DNA of 64,000 nucleotides from a virus. Below the pieces are notes generated by a model that did not search any database, was not told the origin of the DNA, and saw only the letters and a program-made list of their open reading frames with translations. The stretch's first letter is position 1; every line of letters begins with the position of its first letter. Made by a program: the position numbers and the translations under genes. Positions 16,927-26,369 of the stretch are shown in pieces. The stretch is from positions 2,481 through 66,480 of IMG/VR virus record IMGVR_UViG_3300035211_000053; one strand, written 5' to 3'.

Positions 16927-17534
16927 CAGCCAGCGAACACCCCGGGGACAGGCGCTGCCGGGGACCCAGCAAGCCCCATGGGTGCCTTCGGGGTGCGTCC
17001 GCCCATTACGAGGGTACCAGTCAACGCGATCGTACCGTTCTTCAGCTGGATTGACGCCTTGCCGGTCTCGTCTGTGAACACAGTTCCATTTTTCTTCGAC
17101 TGCTCCCAATGGCAGCCATGACCGGTAATGGTTGTCTGCTTGTTTTTTCGGTCAATAATCACAGCGAGGTCGTCGTCAACCACCAGCGCCACCATGCCAT
17201 CCTTGAGGAAGATCCTGCTATCGAACCCATCTCCAGTCGAAAACACCACCGTCTCCCCAGGCCCCAGCTCGTAGTACGTCTGGGTCGTCCGAGAGTCGAC
17301 AGCGCCGACCACGACTCCGTCCTGCCCCGGGGCGTCGTCGAGTAACACCCCTTGGGCGGACCCGTTGTCGTTCGCCGGGGCAGGAACCGCCGCGAAGCCG
17401 AGCGCGAATACCATGTTGACCGAGCCGTAGTCAGGAGGATCACCGCCCTCAGGCTGTGCACCCTTGCAGACGGCCGTGACCATGCCGGTTCTTGGATCCA
17501 GCTTCGCGGATGAGATTTCAACGATGTCAGTCAC
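16926..17534 (-). CDS. Baseplate central spike (gpV/Mu gp45-like)
   Basis: LGFAAVP and ELGPGETVVFS motifs followed by beta-helix-like repeats. Confidence 0.75.
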   Translation of the reverse strand: MTDIVEISSAKLDPRTGMVTAVCKGAQPEGGDPPDYGSVNMVFALGFAAVPAPANDNGSAQGVLLDDAPGQDGVVVGAVDSRTTQTYYELGPGETVVFSTGDGFDSRIFLKDGMVALVVDDDLAVIIDRKNKQTTITGHGCHWEQSKKNGTVFTDETGKASIQLKNGTIALTGTLVMGGRTPKAPMGLAGSPAAPVPGVFAG

Positions 17535-18742
17535 AGGACAAGACTCCCAGGCCGAATGAGCTGTAGCGTGGTCGTGGGCGCCGACCCACGGCTGTGCTCA
17601 ACCGTGCGCTCCAGCACCCACAGATCTTCATCGACGTCCTCGATCTCGTCGTGGACCGTGGCCATGATGTCGACACCGTAGATGGCCCCCGAGTCGACGT
17701 TGACGACCCCTTGGAGCTTGCAGTCGTAGGTCAGCGTTTTCCGAAGTCGCTCGCTCAGCATGCGCCGCAGCCCGCGCTCCAGCTGCTCGGCGTTCTTCGA
17801 TTCCTTGTCCGAGTAGTAGAGCGGTCGGTAGCACGGAGCCGGAGAATCGTAGAGGACCGTCGGCCCTTTGCCCTTTGGGTCGAAGAGCTCTTCGACCACC
17901 GCCACGCCGCTATTCGGTCCGGTGATGATGTACTGGATCTCTGTGTTCTTGTAGAGCTCGCTGGGGCTGCCCGCACTGAATGACGGGAGAGTTTTCGAGA
18001 GACCACCAGCAGCACTTCCCGTCGCCACGCCGCGGCCCTTGGCGGCCGTCACGGTGGGTACGTCGGACCAGTCGCGTTTCGCTGTCCCGTTGAGGATGTT
18101 GCCCGGGCGACTCAACCGAATCAGCGGCCCCTGCTGGTATTCAGGCTGGCAGAGGCAGATCTCGTTGCGCCGAGTGCTCGGCTGGATGGTTGCCCCGTGC
18201 CGCGCAGCCAGCTTGTTGGCCCACTCGAAGGTGCCGTCACCGTCCTGCGGCTTGTAGTCCTCGATCTTGATCGAGCGGAAATCTCGCGCTGGAGCTCCGG
18301 TGTACGGGTTCTTCCCGGTGACTGCGTTGCGGAGCGGGTCAAAGTTCCCGATTGACGTGTCCACACCCCACGGCTTGAATGCCACCAGAATCGCTTGGCT
18401 GAGGCTTTCGTCTTTCTTGACACGTACCGCAGGGTCTATGCCACCGTCCATCAGATCCGCGATGTAGTCGCGACCATGGACGCGCAACGCCTTGTCGCCG
18501 TCTCCGGTGCCCTCGGTGCCATCGATGCGCCCCAGTAGCTGTAGCTTTCCGTCGATGTACAGCTTGACCGGGCGCAGCGGTCGGAAGGTCCGACGCAACT
18601 GCCGAGGGTCCTGGTGATCGTAGACCACCACTTCCCATGCGTCAGTCGGGGTCAGGAAATTCGAGTTGATGCGATACGACTCGATGTTGCCGAATGTCCC
18701 GACACCCTCGATCTCGATGGTCGGCTTGCTGTCGAGACTCAT
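17531..18742 (-). CDS. Baseplate hub (Mu gp44/gpP-like)
   Basis: SYRINSNFLTPTDAW, LYIDG..LLGRID, VHGRDYIADLMD motifs. Confidence 0.85.
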   Translation of the reverse strand: MSLDSKPTIEIEGVGTFGNIESYRINSNFLTPTDAWEVVVYDHQDPRQLRRTFRPLRPVKLYIDGKLQLLGRIDGTEGTGDGDKALRVHGRDYIADLMDGGIDPAVRVKKDESLSQAILVAFKPWGVDTSIGNFDPLRNAVTGKNPYTGAPARDFRSIKIEDYKPQDGDGTFEWANKLAARHGATIQPSTRRNEICLCQPEYQQGPLIRLSRPGNILNGTAKRDWSDVPTVTAAKGRGVATGSAAGGLSKTLPSFSAGSPSELYKNTEIQYIITGPNSGVAVVEELFDPKGKGPTVLYDSPAPCYRPLYYSDKESKNAEQLERGLRRMLSERLRKTLTYDCKLQGVVNVDSGAIYGVDIMATVHDEIEDVDEDLWVLERTVEHSRGSAPTTTLQLIRPGSLVL

Positions 18743-19626
18743 CGATTGACCCTGATGTACTCGCCGCGCTTGACCGTGCTCTTCCGCTTCAGTGCCGGGT
18801 TCAGGCTGAGCAGCACGTCCACGCTGATCTTGTGTAGTGCGGCCAGCGCAATGATGCCGATCTCGGTCTGGTTGATGATGATCTTCGTTGGATTTGGCGG
18901 AGTCGTGGCCGTCTCGTTGAGTCGGTACGCGGCCAAGGCCATGCGGCGTGCATTGCGACGAAACGGCTGATTGTCAGGGTTTTTCAGCGCGTCGACTCGC
19001 CTGTCTAGCTGCTCCATCTGTGAGGACAGCCTGGCCATATTGGCGGTAATCCGCGAGCGAGCTACTTCGAGCTGGTCCCCAATTCCACGGATCGCGTCGA
19101 AGAGCGGCAGCGTCGGCTCGGGTGGCGCTTCCTGCTGGTAGTCGACTTTCTCCGACTCCTGGTCAAGGAACCCTGCCATCCCCTGCGCTCCCTCAATCGA
19201 CTCAATCGCCAGCATTTCGGGGGCTTCCGCCGCCTGCTCCGGCGCGTAGATGAATTCGACTTGGACGTCGACGCCATCCCGCCTGTTGACGTCCAGCGTC
19301 TCTGACAGGCTCGCGCATTTTGCTTCGATCTCGCCGTGCACCGGGTCGATCAGTATCCCCACCGATCGGTCCTGGCATGCCCGCAGAAAGTCGGGGTAGG
19401 CCCTCGTGAACCAGTTGGTCCAGGGGCCCTTGGCCAGGTCCTCGCGGGCCGGAAGCGTGAACGTGTAGGTCGGATTCTCACGGCCCAAGCTGTCGATCAG
19501 CTCGTCGTCCCTGAAGACGTACCGGTGGCGAGCAAACTCCTGCCGGAAGCCGAATGTTCTTCCGGCGCACGGAAATCCGAGCCCCCGCCACGAGGCGATC
19601 GTCAGTCTTGCGAGGATGTCAGTCAT
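18739..19626 (-). CDS. DNA circularization N-terminal domain / tube-initiator protein with LysM-like C-terminus
   Basis: ASWRGLGF...HRY..RD...DSLGR...LIDPVHG (Mu gpN-like); LLSLNPAL...VKRGEYIRV. Confidence 0.85.
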   Translation of the reverse strand: MTDILARLTIASWRGLGFPCAGRTFGFRQEFARHRYVFRDDELIDSLGRENPTYTFTLPAREDLAKGPWTNWFTRAYPDFLRACQDRSVGILIDPVHGEIEAKCASLSETLDVNRRDGVDVQVEFIYAPEQAAEAPEMLAIESIEGAQGMAGFLDQESEKVDYQQEAPPEPTLPLFDAIRGIGDQLEVARSRITANMARLSSQMEQLDRRVDALKNPDNQPFRRNARRMALAAYRLNETATTPPNPTKIIINQTEIGIIALAALHKISVDVLLSLNPALKRKSTVKRGEYIRVNR

Positions 19627-19653
19627 GGGCTAGGCTGAGCGGTTGGAGGCTAC

Positions 19654-19983
19654 ATGGACGAGTCAGAGCAGAAAGAGATCCTGGAGCGGTACCGGAAGGC
19701 GTTGGAGTCAATCAGGCATCGCGACCCCGGCCTACCAGACGTGCCGGTGTTCCGTGGTACCATGCTGGTCAAGGCTGATGGCACCGAGTACCACTATGAC
19801 GACGAGTGGTGCAGGGCGGAAGACATGAGGGCGATGGGCGCGAGACTCAAACGCTACCTGGATGTCGCCCGGCCTATCGAGACCTTTAGCGGCGATGAGA
19901 TCGGCGGTGACCTGAGTCTCTACGTAAGACTAGAAGACGTGGCGGCGTTGTTGGCCGATGCGGATCACATTACCCACGGTTGA
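19654..19983 (+). CDS. Hypothetical protein, opposite-strand insert in the tail operon
   Basis: GGAGG RBS; fills the only gap between tape measure and the gpN-like gene. Confidence 0.7.
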   Translation: MDESEQKEILERYRKALESIRHRDPGLPDVPVFRGTMLVKADGTEYHYDDEWCRAEDMRAMGARLKRYLDVARPIETFSGDEIGGDLSLYVRLEDVAALLADADHITHG

Positions 19984-22255
19984 TGATCGGTGAGTTTCTT
20001 CGCGGCGAGTCGGGGCTCGGCGTGCCGGCGCCGCCGGCTCCCTTGAGATCCTTGGCAGCATCCTTCAGCTCCGCTGCGGCTTCCTTCTGGGCATTCATTG
20101 CCTCCTGAGCTGTCTGCTTTTGCAGATCCGCCGAGGCTTTCAGCATTGCGTCAATCCGCGCAAGGTCGTCCATAGCAGAGACGCGCTCAGCGGTACTCGG
20201 ACCTTCCTTCGGGTTTCCGACAATCCGATCCCACCACGTCTGATTGTTGTCGACAGGTGCGTTGATGACGCCGAGCACCTTCTCACGTTCGCCCTTAAGC
20301 CGAGCTTCCGTCTCTGGGCTGAGTTCTTGCCCGAACCTTTGACGCTCGACATTCGCAGCGCTAATCGCTTCGCCGGTAGCTGCGGTGGCCAGAGCTGCGG
20401 CCGTCTGCTCCTTTTCCTTCTTGTCGAAGTACCAGTTGATGATCGCCTTGGTGATCTCAAAGGACGCCATCCCCACCGTGATTGCAGCCCCAGCCTTCCC
20501 CAGCTTTGTCTGTAGAGCAGCATCGAAGGCTCTTGCGCTCACCTTCCCGACGATACCGGAAACCAAGTCCTTGGCCACCAGTGCTCCAACGATAGAACCC
20601 ATGCCGGCAAGCGGATTACCCGCGAAGAAAGAAGCGAAGCTGGCCATGGCCTCTGCTGCGTCACCTGCGGCAGGGATCAAACCCTCCAGCTTGGGCACGA
20701 TGTCAGTCAACGCCGGAAGCAGCTTGGATCCGACTTCCGCGTTGAACCTCTCAACGTTGCTAGCCAGACGCTTGTCCATGTCCTGCCGGCGAAAACCGGC
20801 AGACGTGGTGATCTCCTCGCGGGACATGTCTGCGTTGTAGATGCGGTTGAACACCGCTTCCATTGCAGCCATGCCGGCTTCAACGTCTTTGAGACCACCT
20901 CCCTTGACAAATCCTTGCTGGAACACCTCCGCCGTCTTCTGCGCACGGATACCGAAAAGCTTCCCCATCTTTGGGAGGCTGCCCTTCGTGGTTTTCATGA
21001 TGTCCCGCATGATGGCCAGCGGGTCCCGAAGCTCGGTAGCGCTTTCGTCTGTGAAGTAGGAGACCCCGTGCACTGTGCCCTGAGCACGTTGCATTTTCGC
21101 GAAGCGGGCCTGGTTTTGGATCAGGTCGTCACGGAACCGCTTGATCGAAGTCATGGCCTCTTCGGGACTCGACGCGCCGCCGGCAATGGCGAGCTGTGCA
21201 GCCCCAGCCATGGACTTGGCCAGGTGCACGACGTCACCCTCGAAACCATTCGTGGCCGACATGACCTTGCCCATCTGAGTCGCTAGGTCTGCAAATTCAA
21301 TCGACCCGACCTTGGCTTGGCCTGCCATGGCAGCCATGATGTCCATGGTCTGCTTCATAGACTCGGTGGGGTCTGCCCCGGGCCGAGCCATGAGGTTTTG
21401 CGCGATCTGACCAGCTGTACGCCCGACGTCCTCGATCGCTGCACCAGTGGCATCAGTGATGTCAGCCATGAACGGGGCAAGCTGCTGCCCCATCTTCAGG
21501 TTACCGCTGATGGCGGTGAAATTGGACAGCGCCTGGATAACGCCAGTCGCACCGAGTCCAGACGAAGCACCCAGCGAGCGTGATTGCTTCATCACGTCGG
21601 CCCGGATTTGCTCCCTGGTCCGCTGCTCCCCCGGTGTACCAAGCGCCTTGTTTGCCAGAATCGAGGACTGCGCCTCGACTGACATCTGGTTGCGGATCGC
21701 ACCGGCCGCGGCGAACCCGCCGCCGAGTGCTAGGAGCCCGGTACCGAACCGGCCCACCGTGCCCAAGGCGTTACCGGTCGACCGGAGCAGCGTGCCCCCA
21801 AGTCCAGCAGTAGGCCTTGGGGCCGGCAGTCTGGCCTGCGTTATTGCTCGAGCCTGGCGATTCCGCTCCCGGTCGATGTTGCGCATCTTAGCACGGTGAC
21901 GCCCATCCTCGGCCGCACGCTCTCGGCTAGCGGCATCCCCAATCACCCGAGCCCGCCGCCGCCCCTCGGCGTCGATGTCCCGGAGCCGTCGCTGATGCCC
22001 CGCACGCTCCGCCACAGAGCCCGCTGCGCCCTGGGCCTGCCCGGGTAGCCTCCCCGCCATCGGCGCGCCAGGAGCCCGCCCAGAGCGCTCAGCGGCCAGC
22101 ATCCCCCGCTTGACCTGAGCCAGCGTGCGCGCCCAGGTCCGTGTGTATCGGTTGGCCGACCGTGTTGCCGAGGCCGCCTGCTCCTGCTCCACCGATCTGA
22201 GGACGCGACGGAGCTGCCCGAGGCCCGTGGCTTGGATGTCGTATTGGAGGCGCAT
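19970..22255 (-). CDS. Tape measure protein
   Basis: 761 aa, Ala/Gly-rich helical; AGQAKVGSIEFADLA core motif; position after the chaperone. Confidence 0.9.
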   Translation of the reverse strand: MRLQYDIQATGLGQLRRVLRSVEQEQAASATRSANRYTRTWARTLAQVKRGMLAAERSGRAPGAPMAGRLPGQAQGAAGSVAERAGHQRRLRDIDAEGRRRARVIGDAASRERAAEDGRHRAKMRNIDRERNRQARAITQARLPAPRPTAGLGGTLLRSTGNALGTVGRFGTGLLALGGGFAAAGAIRNQMSVEAQSSILANKALGTPGEQRTREQIRADVMKQSRSLGASSGLGATGVIQALSNFTAISGNLKMGQQLAPFMADITDATGAAIEDVGRTAGQIAQNLMARPGADPTESMKQTMDIMAAMAGQAKVGSIEFADLATQMGKVMSATNGFEGDVVHLAKSMAGAAQLAIAGGASSPEEAMTSIKRFRDDLIQNQARFAKMQRAQGTVHGVSYFTDESATELRDPLAIMRDIMKTTKGSLPKMGKLFGIRAQKTAEVFQQGFVKGGGLKDVEAGMAAMEAVFNRIYNADMSREEITTSAGFRRQDMDKRLASNVERFNAEVGSKLLPALTDIVPKLEGLIPAAGDAAEAMASFASFFAGNPLAGMGSIVGALVAKDLVSGIVGKVSARAFDAALQTKLGKAGAAITVGMASFEITKAIINWYFDKKEKEQTAAALATAATGEAISAANVERQRFGQELSPETEARLKGEREKVLGVINAPVDNNQTWWDRIVGNPKEGPSTAERVSAMDDLARIDAMLKASADLQKQTAQEAMNAQKEAAAELKDAAKDLKGAGGAGTPSPDSPRRNSPIINRG

Positions 22256-22386
22256 CAGAGAATGAGAACAACTAGGGCCGCGTCAACGCACAATGATGCC
22301 AACGAGTATGCTGCCAGCAGCAGAGACACCCGGAGCCAGAGCCTATCGCGTAGGCTAAGCCTCAGGTCGATGGTTTCGTGGTTCAC
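22255..22386 (-). CDS. Small hydrophobic protein (43 aa)
   Basis: MNHETIDLRLSLRDRLWLRVSLLLAAYSLASLCVDAALVVLIL; TGATG-coupled to the tape measure gene. Confidence 0.45.
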   Translation of the reverse strand: MNHETIDLRLSLRDRLWLRVSLLLAAYSLASLCVDAALVVLIL

Positions 22387-22388
22387 AG

Positions 22389-22549
22389 TCAGCGGTACCG
22401 AATGAAGCCCTGCTTCTCGCCGTAGTCGAGCAGGATCCTGAGCTTTTCGAATGGATTGGTCACACCGGACAAGCGTCGTTCAATCTCGGCACGCATCTGG
22501 AGAGCCGTGCGCCGCTCCGCTCGGTGGTCCGCGACGGTGGCCGCCCCAT
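22389..22549 (-). pseudogene. Small ORF, possibly frameshifted by a 5-nt duplication
   Basis: TGATG start at 22549 joins the ...MRAEIERR...IRYR frame if one copy of CGCTC (22513-22522) is removed; alternatively a 35-aa ORF from 22496. Confidence 0.35.
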
Positions 22550-22773
22550 CAGTCCTCTGTTTCCCAGTTGGCCATGGCTTGGCACTCTTCGCCGTACTCA
22601 GACCATACGTGCAGGTCTTCAGCGTCAAGAGGGTTGAGCTTCTCTTGATGGCCAAGGGTACAGGAGACCGTGGCCCCGCTGAACTCATCGAGGCCCCGGT
22701 CATAGAAAGCCGGTTCGTATGCTAGATGCTTACACAAAAGACAATTTCCGGCACGGCACACGGGGTTGGTCAT
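22549..22773 (-). CDS. Small Cys-rich hypothetical protein
   Basis: CLLCKH...C...C; ATGA-coupled. Confidence 0.6.
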   Translation of the reverse strand: MTNPVCRAGNCLLCKHLAYEPAFYDRGLDEFSGATVSCTLGHQEKLNPLDAEDLHVWSEYGEECQAMANWETED

Positions 22774-23570
22774 TTCTTGCCTCCCTTGGCCCTCTGTCTG
22801 ATCTTCTTACCGCGCTCCAGCGCTTCCGATTGCGTCAAGAGCTTGTCGGTTGGCAGCTCCTGTCCGTCTTCGGTCGATCGCGCGGATGGCAACTCGGTAA
22901 AGGAGCCAGTGCCAGTCGCTGAGCTCGTCTGGTCGGACTCGGAAGAATCGGGCAACGTCGAGACAGGACGCCCCACTTCGTCCCGTAACGACTTGACCTC
23001 CCGGGCCAACGACAGCAAAAGGATGGCCCAGTGACTCGAGTCCAGACGCGATAAAAAATACTCACCCAGCAGCCTGTCTGATAGCCAGGCAGTCCACTGG
23101 TCGATTTCGTCTTCGGTGAAGCCTTCGATCTGCCCGTACTTGGCGCGGACAATCGCACACATGTTGAGCACCTGTGCGATCTCTGGCTCTGTGAAGCTCG
23201 ACCGCAGATGCTCCGGGCTCGTGAACATCCTGAGGTAGCAGCGTGTCCCGTCGCGGCGCTCATGCTCGTCGACATGGACGAGGGAGCGCCACACTACCTC
23301 GACCGCCTTGGCCTCTTCGTAGATGTCGCGATGCTCGCCAGGTACCTCGCCGAGTTGCTTTGCATACCGCTGCGCCGCCGCCAATGCCTCGTGGGTCTCG
23401 GTGAGCCGCAGCAGCTTGACACGTACCTTCCGCTTGACCACCTCAGGTTCTTGACCGAACTTAGGCGGTTCCCAGCGCTCAAAAACGAAAACCTCGGAGG
23501 GGGCCGGCGCCATGAACGCGCGGACCGCCTCCGAGGGCTCGGCTGTGGGTGCTTTTTTATTGTCCGACAT
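22770..23570 (-). CDS. Tail assembly chaperone (0-frame product)
   Basis: Between tube and tape measure genes; AGGAGG RBS; contains a slippery heptamer. Confidence 0.8.
   Translation of the reverse strand: MSDNKKAPTAEPSEAVRAFMAPAPSEVFVFERWEPPKFGQEPEVVKRKVRVKLLRLTETHEALAAAQRYAKQLGEVPGEHRDIYEEAKAVEVVWRSLVHVDEHERRDGTRCYLRMFTSPEHLRSSFTEPEIAQVLNMCAIVRAKYGQIEGFTEDEIDQWTAWLSDRLLGEYFLSRLDSSHWAILLLSLAREVKSLRDEVGRPVSTLPDSSESDQTSSATGTGSFTELPSARSTEDGQELPTDKLLTQSEALERGKKIRQRAKGGKK
23052..23058 (-). promoter_or_regulatory. Putative -1 ribosomal frameshift site T TTT TTA
   Basis: In-frame TAT TTT TTA; the -1 frame stays open to TAA at 22807-22809 and encodes a chaperone-extension-like sequence. Confidence 0.7.
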
Positions 23571-23604
23571 GGTGCCTCCTACCAGTCAGCTTGTGAGGGC
23601 TGGC

Positions 23605-23973
23605 TTATTGCAGTTTCTGGATCTCTCCCATGAACGTGGCGGTCGCTTCCGTGCTGGCATTCGTCGACTGGCTGATGCCCGCAGTGTCGAAGTAGCCCTG
23701 CGTGATGAGCGACTTGGTGCCGAGCGGAATTTGGATCTCGTGGTAGCTCCCCTCCGCGACGTAGTCGAAGAGCGGGACCTCCAGCCCTCCGATTTCGACA
23801 GCCCAGTTGGCGGTGATTTGGACGTCACCGCTGCCTGGCGTCTTGCCCGCGAAACCCTCCAGGGTGTCGACTCGCTGGTTGCCGCCATTCATTGTGGCTT
23901 GCCACTGGGTGGCCTTGACCTGGAAGACGCCGTCAATCAGGCCCTTTAGAGCCAGATGGTCTTTGAGTGCCAT
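23605..23973 (-). CDS. Tail tube protein
   Basis: 122 aa, beta-rich, VDTLEGFAGKTPG motif, directly after the sheath gene. Confidence 0.8.
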   Translation of the reverse strand: MALKDHLALKGLIDGVFQVKATQWQATMNGGNQRVDTLEGFAGKTPGSGDVQITANWAVEIGGLEVPLFDYVAEGSYHEIQIPLGTKSLITQGYFDTAGISQSTNASTEATATFMGEIQKLQ

Positions 23974-23989
23974 GGATCAGAGTCCTCCG

Positions 23990-25552
23990 TCAGCTCGGGG
24001 TTGTCTCGGCGAGCAGCCAGCTCACCTGATGTCGTTGGTCGCAGGTGCGTCCAGAGCTGCTGGCCTGCAGCCGGCTCGCGTTGTCCTCGTCGATGATGAC
24101 GTCGGTCGCTTCCGTCCACTCGTTGATCCGTTGGATCTTCCCGGCGTTGTACGCTGGAGTCAGGACGTTTGCCACGAGCCAGCTCTTGTAGCGGCTCGGC
24201 GTCACTGTGCGGGTCGGGAGCTTCTGGTTGGTGTTGATTGTAACGCCATCGGCCAGGTACTCGTCGTCCCGCAAGTGGAAGTTCGCGTAGGTCAACTGGT
24301 CGCGAATGATCCACTGGTCGGCCATCTCGTCCAGCACACTGACACGGTGCGATTCCGTGGCGCGGAAGTCGTCGATGGTGCCGGCGGCGTTCTTGGACCG
24401 GGTCGTGACATGCATGGTCAACGCGGACCTGGCCTGATTCGACTCGATGCAGCAGATCCCGTCCGTCACAGCATCGTTCTTGTCGTCGGCGTCGGGCCAG
24501 TCCGCATTCGCGTATGCCGGCCGGATGAACCAGTCGGCGCCGCTGTAGCCGTCGAAGTTGTAGTGGCTCTCGACCGCCTCCCGCTTCTGCGTGATGGCCA
24601 TGAGATTGCCTGCCAACGACGCAGGGTCGTGGTCCGAGTTTTTCTGCCACGCCAAGTGGAAACGCTCGCTGTTGAGCGCGACCGCGATCGTCGCCGTTGC
24701 GGCCAGCGTGCCCACGGCGCCGCCAAACCCACGAGACCGAAGCCCAGGATTCGGATCGCTCTTGGTGGCGATGTGCGCCAGCGCGCTGACCAGGTCGGCC
24801 TGGACCGGACTGGTGAAGCACATGTAGTAGCGCCGCGTCGCGGTGTAGGTGGCCAGGGCAGCCACCAGCAGCGAATTCTCGGTGGTCGCGCCGTCGGCCG
24901 CCACGACGTTGCCGCCGCCGGCCGTCCCGATAGTGGCCGCAGAAGCCGTGCAGCCAACACCTTGCCCGGGAGTCACGCTGATGACGCGCATCCGGTAGAT
25001 GCCGTTCTGTGAGGCACCTGCCACGGGAGCTGTCCCCGTCACCGTGCCAGCTGCGTTGCTCCAGGTCGCCGGAGCATGCGCGATGCCGTTGAGCTTCGCC
25101 TCTACGAGGTCCCCGATCGCGGTGGCGCTGTCGCCAGACACGAAGTTTACCGACGTCACAGTGTCGTGGAACTGGAAGACGATTTGCCCGCTACCCGTCG
25201 CCGGCCCAGTGACGACGAACTCGCCAGTGGCAGACGTGGCACCACCCCCGGAACTCGGTGCATGGGCGAGGTACCACAGATTCCGGCATCCTGCCTTGAG
25301 CGCCATGCGCAGCGCTTGATACGCTGGACCGCGTACGCCGGCGTAGGTATCGGCGTCGCTCTCGGTGCGGATCCGGTACTCGGTGTTGGCCACGGTGCCA
25401 GCGGATGCTGCCGCGGCAGTGAACGGGCCCACCACGACTGCTTCGCGAAACGCGGCCGCTGCGCTGGACTGACCCTGCCCAAGCAGCACCTCAACGGCGC
25501 TAAACGGGGCCCTGTAGCTGGACGGGTATCCGGTAATGTCGAAGCCAGCCAT
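23990..25552 (-). CDS. Tail sheath protein (Mu gpL-like)
   Basis: 520 aa; PSSYRAPFSAVEV N-terminus, SGDSATAIG, ALNSER, HVTTRSKN, TPSRYKS motifs. Confidence 0.9.
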   Translation of the reverse strand: MAGFDITGYPSSYRAPFSAVEVLLGQGQSSAAAAFREAVVVGPFTAAAASAGTVANTEYRIRTESDADTYAGVRGPAYQALRMALKAGCRNLWYLAHAPSSGGGATSATGEFVVTGPATGSGQIVFQFHDTVTSVNFVSGDSATAIGDLVEAKLNGIAHAPATWSNAAGTVTGTAPVAGASQNGIYRMRVISVTPGQGVGCTASAATIGTAGGGNVVAADGATTENSLLVAALATYTATRRYYMCFTSPVQADLVSALAHIATKSDPNPGLRSRGFGGAVGTLAATATIAVALNSERFHLAWQKNSDHDPASLAGNLMAITQKREAVESHYNFDGYSGADWFIRPAYANADWPDADDKNDAVTDGICCIESNQARSALTMHVTTRSKNAAGTIDDFRATESHRVSVLDEMADQWIIRDQLTYANFHLRDDEYLADGVTINTNQKLPTRTVTPSRYKSWLVANVLTPAYNAGKIQRINEWTEATDVIIDEDNASRLQASSSGRTCDQRHQVSWLLAETTPS

Positions 25553-25881
25553 CAGCTGTTCACCTCATGCTTGGCGCCCTTGGGCGAGACCTTGGGTTGT
25601 ACGGGAGGAGATCCGTGGAAAGGCACACCGCACGCTCGAGCAGTCTCGGCGTCGGCGGGGATGAGCGGTGGGTCCTGTGCGTCGACGATGAATCTCCGCA
25701 GGATCCTCTGGCCCTCCCTGGAGGTCGATTCGATCTCCGTTGGAGTCTCCAGGATTTCGTTGCGGATTTCCGTGCCGACTACCCGGACCTTGCGGCCCAC
25801 GTAGCGCGGCATATCGCCGGCGACACTCGGCCCCGGCAGCCTGCAAAGATGGCCGGGCTTCGCGAAAAATCTGAGCTTCAT
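25552..25881 (-). CDS. Small pre-sheath protein (Mu gp38-like position)
   Basis: Start MKLRFF at 25881 after GAGG; PRYVGR motif; TGATG-coupled to the sheath gene. Confidence 0.65.
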   Translation of the reverse strand: MKLRFFAKPGHLCRLPGPSVAGDMPRYVGRKVRVVGTEIRNEILETPTEIESTSREGQRILRRFIVDAQDPPLIPADAETARACGVPFHGSPPVQPKVSPKGAKHEVNS

Positions 25882-25910
25882 CTGTGCCTCGTTTGGGGCG
25901 ACTGCCCCGG

Positions 25911-26369
25911 CTAGAATCGTGCTGCTAGCTCCGCCATGCGGCGGGCCAGGTAGTCTCCACCGACTCGGTGGGATGAGCGCCAAGCGCGGTAGGCGAACTT
26001 GTAGGGGCGGTTCCCGGGATGGTTGACCTTGGCGAAGAACCTCAGCTCACCGTGCCACACGAACCGCAGTGCTCGAGCTCGCCTCGGGCGAATGATGTGT
26101 GGCCGCGCCCCCTTGTCGATGGGGTTGGCGTAGGAGACATCGTTGTAGAGCTTCAGAAGCCGGCCGCTCGATAGGCGCCTGACCTGGTACTTCTGACCGC
26201 GCTGCAGTCGCCCGGTGCGCGGCTTGAATGCCGGGTATCTCTGGACGTGGTCGATCGAGTGCTTGCCTGCTACGTGGAGCGTCTCATCCAGCATCCGCTC
26301 GCATTCGGCAAGGAAGTGCTCGTGGCCACGGCGTACCTCTGCCTGGTTGACCAGCTTTAGCCCGAACAC
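25911..26369 (-). CDS. Neck / tail-completion protein (HK97 gp10-like)
   Basis: RTGRLQRG, YANPIDKGARPHIIRPR, VNHPGNRPYKF motifs. Confidence 0.8.
   Translation of the reverse strand: MFGLKLVNQAEVRRGHEHFLAECERMLDETLHVAGKHSIDHVQRYPAFKPRTGRLQRGQKYQVRRLSSGRLLKLYNDVSYANPIDKGARPHIIRPRRARALRFVWHGELRFFAKVNHPGNRPYKFAYRAWRSSHRVGGDYLARRMAELAARF

Noticed and set aside
23807-25012. Long plus-strand ORFs antisense to structural genes (e.g. 23807..25012, 36114..37010, 26990..27694)
   Set aside because: Antisense shadows of well-supported minus-strand genes, caused by GC-biased codon usage
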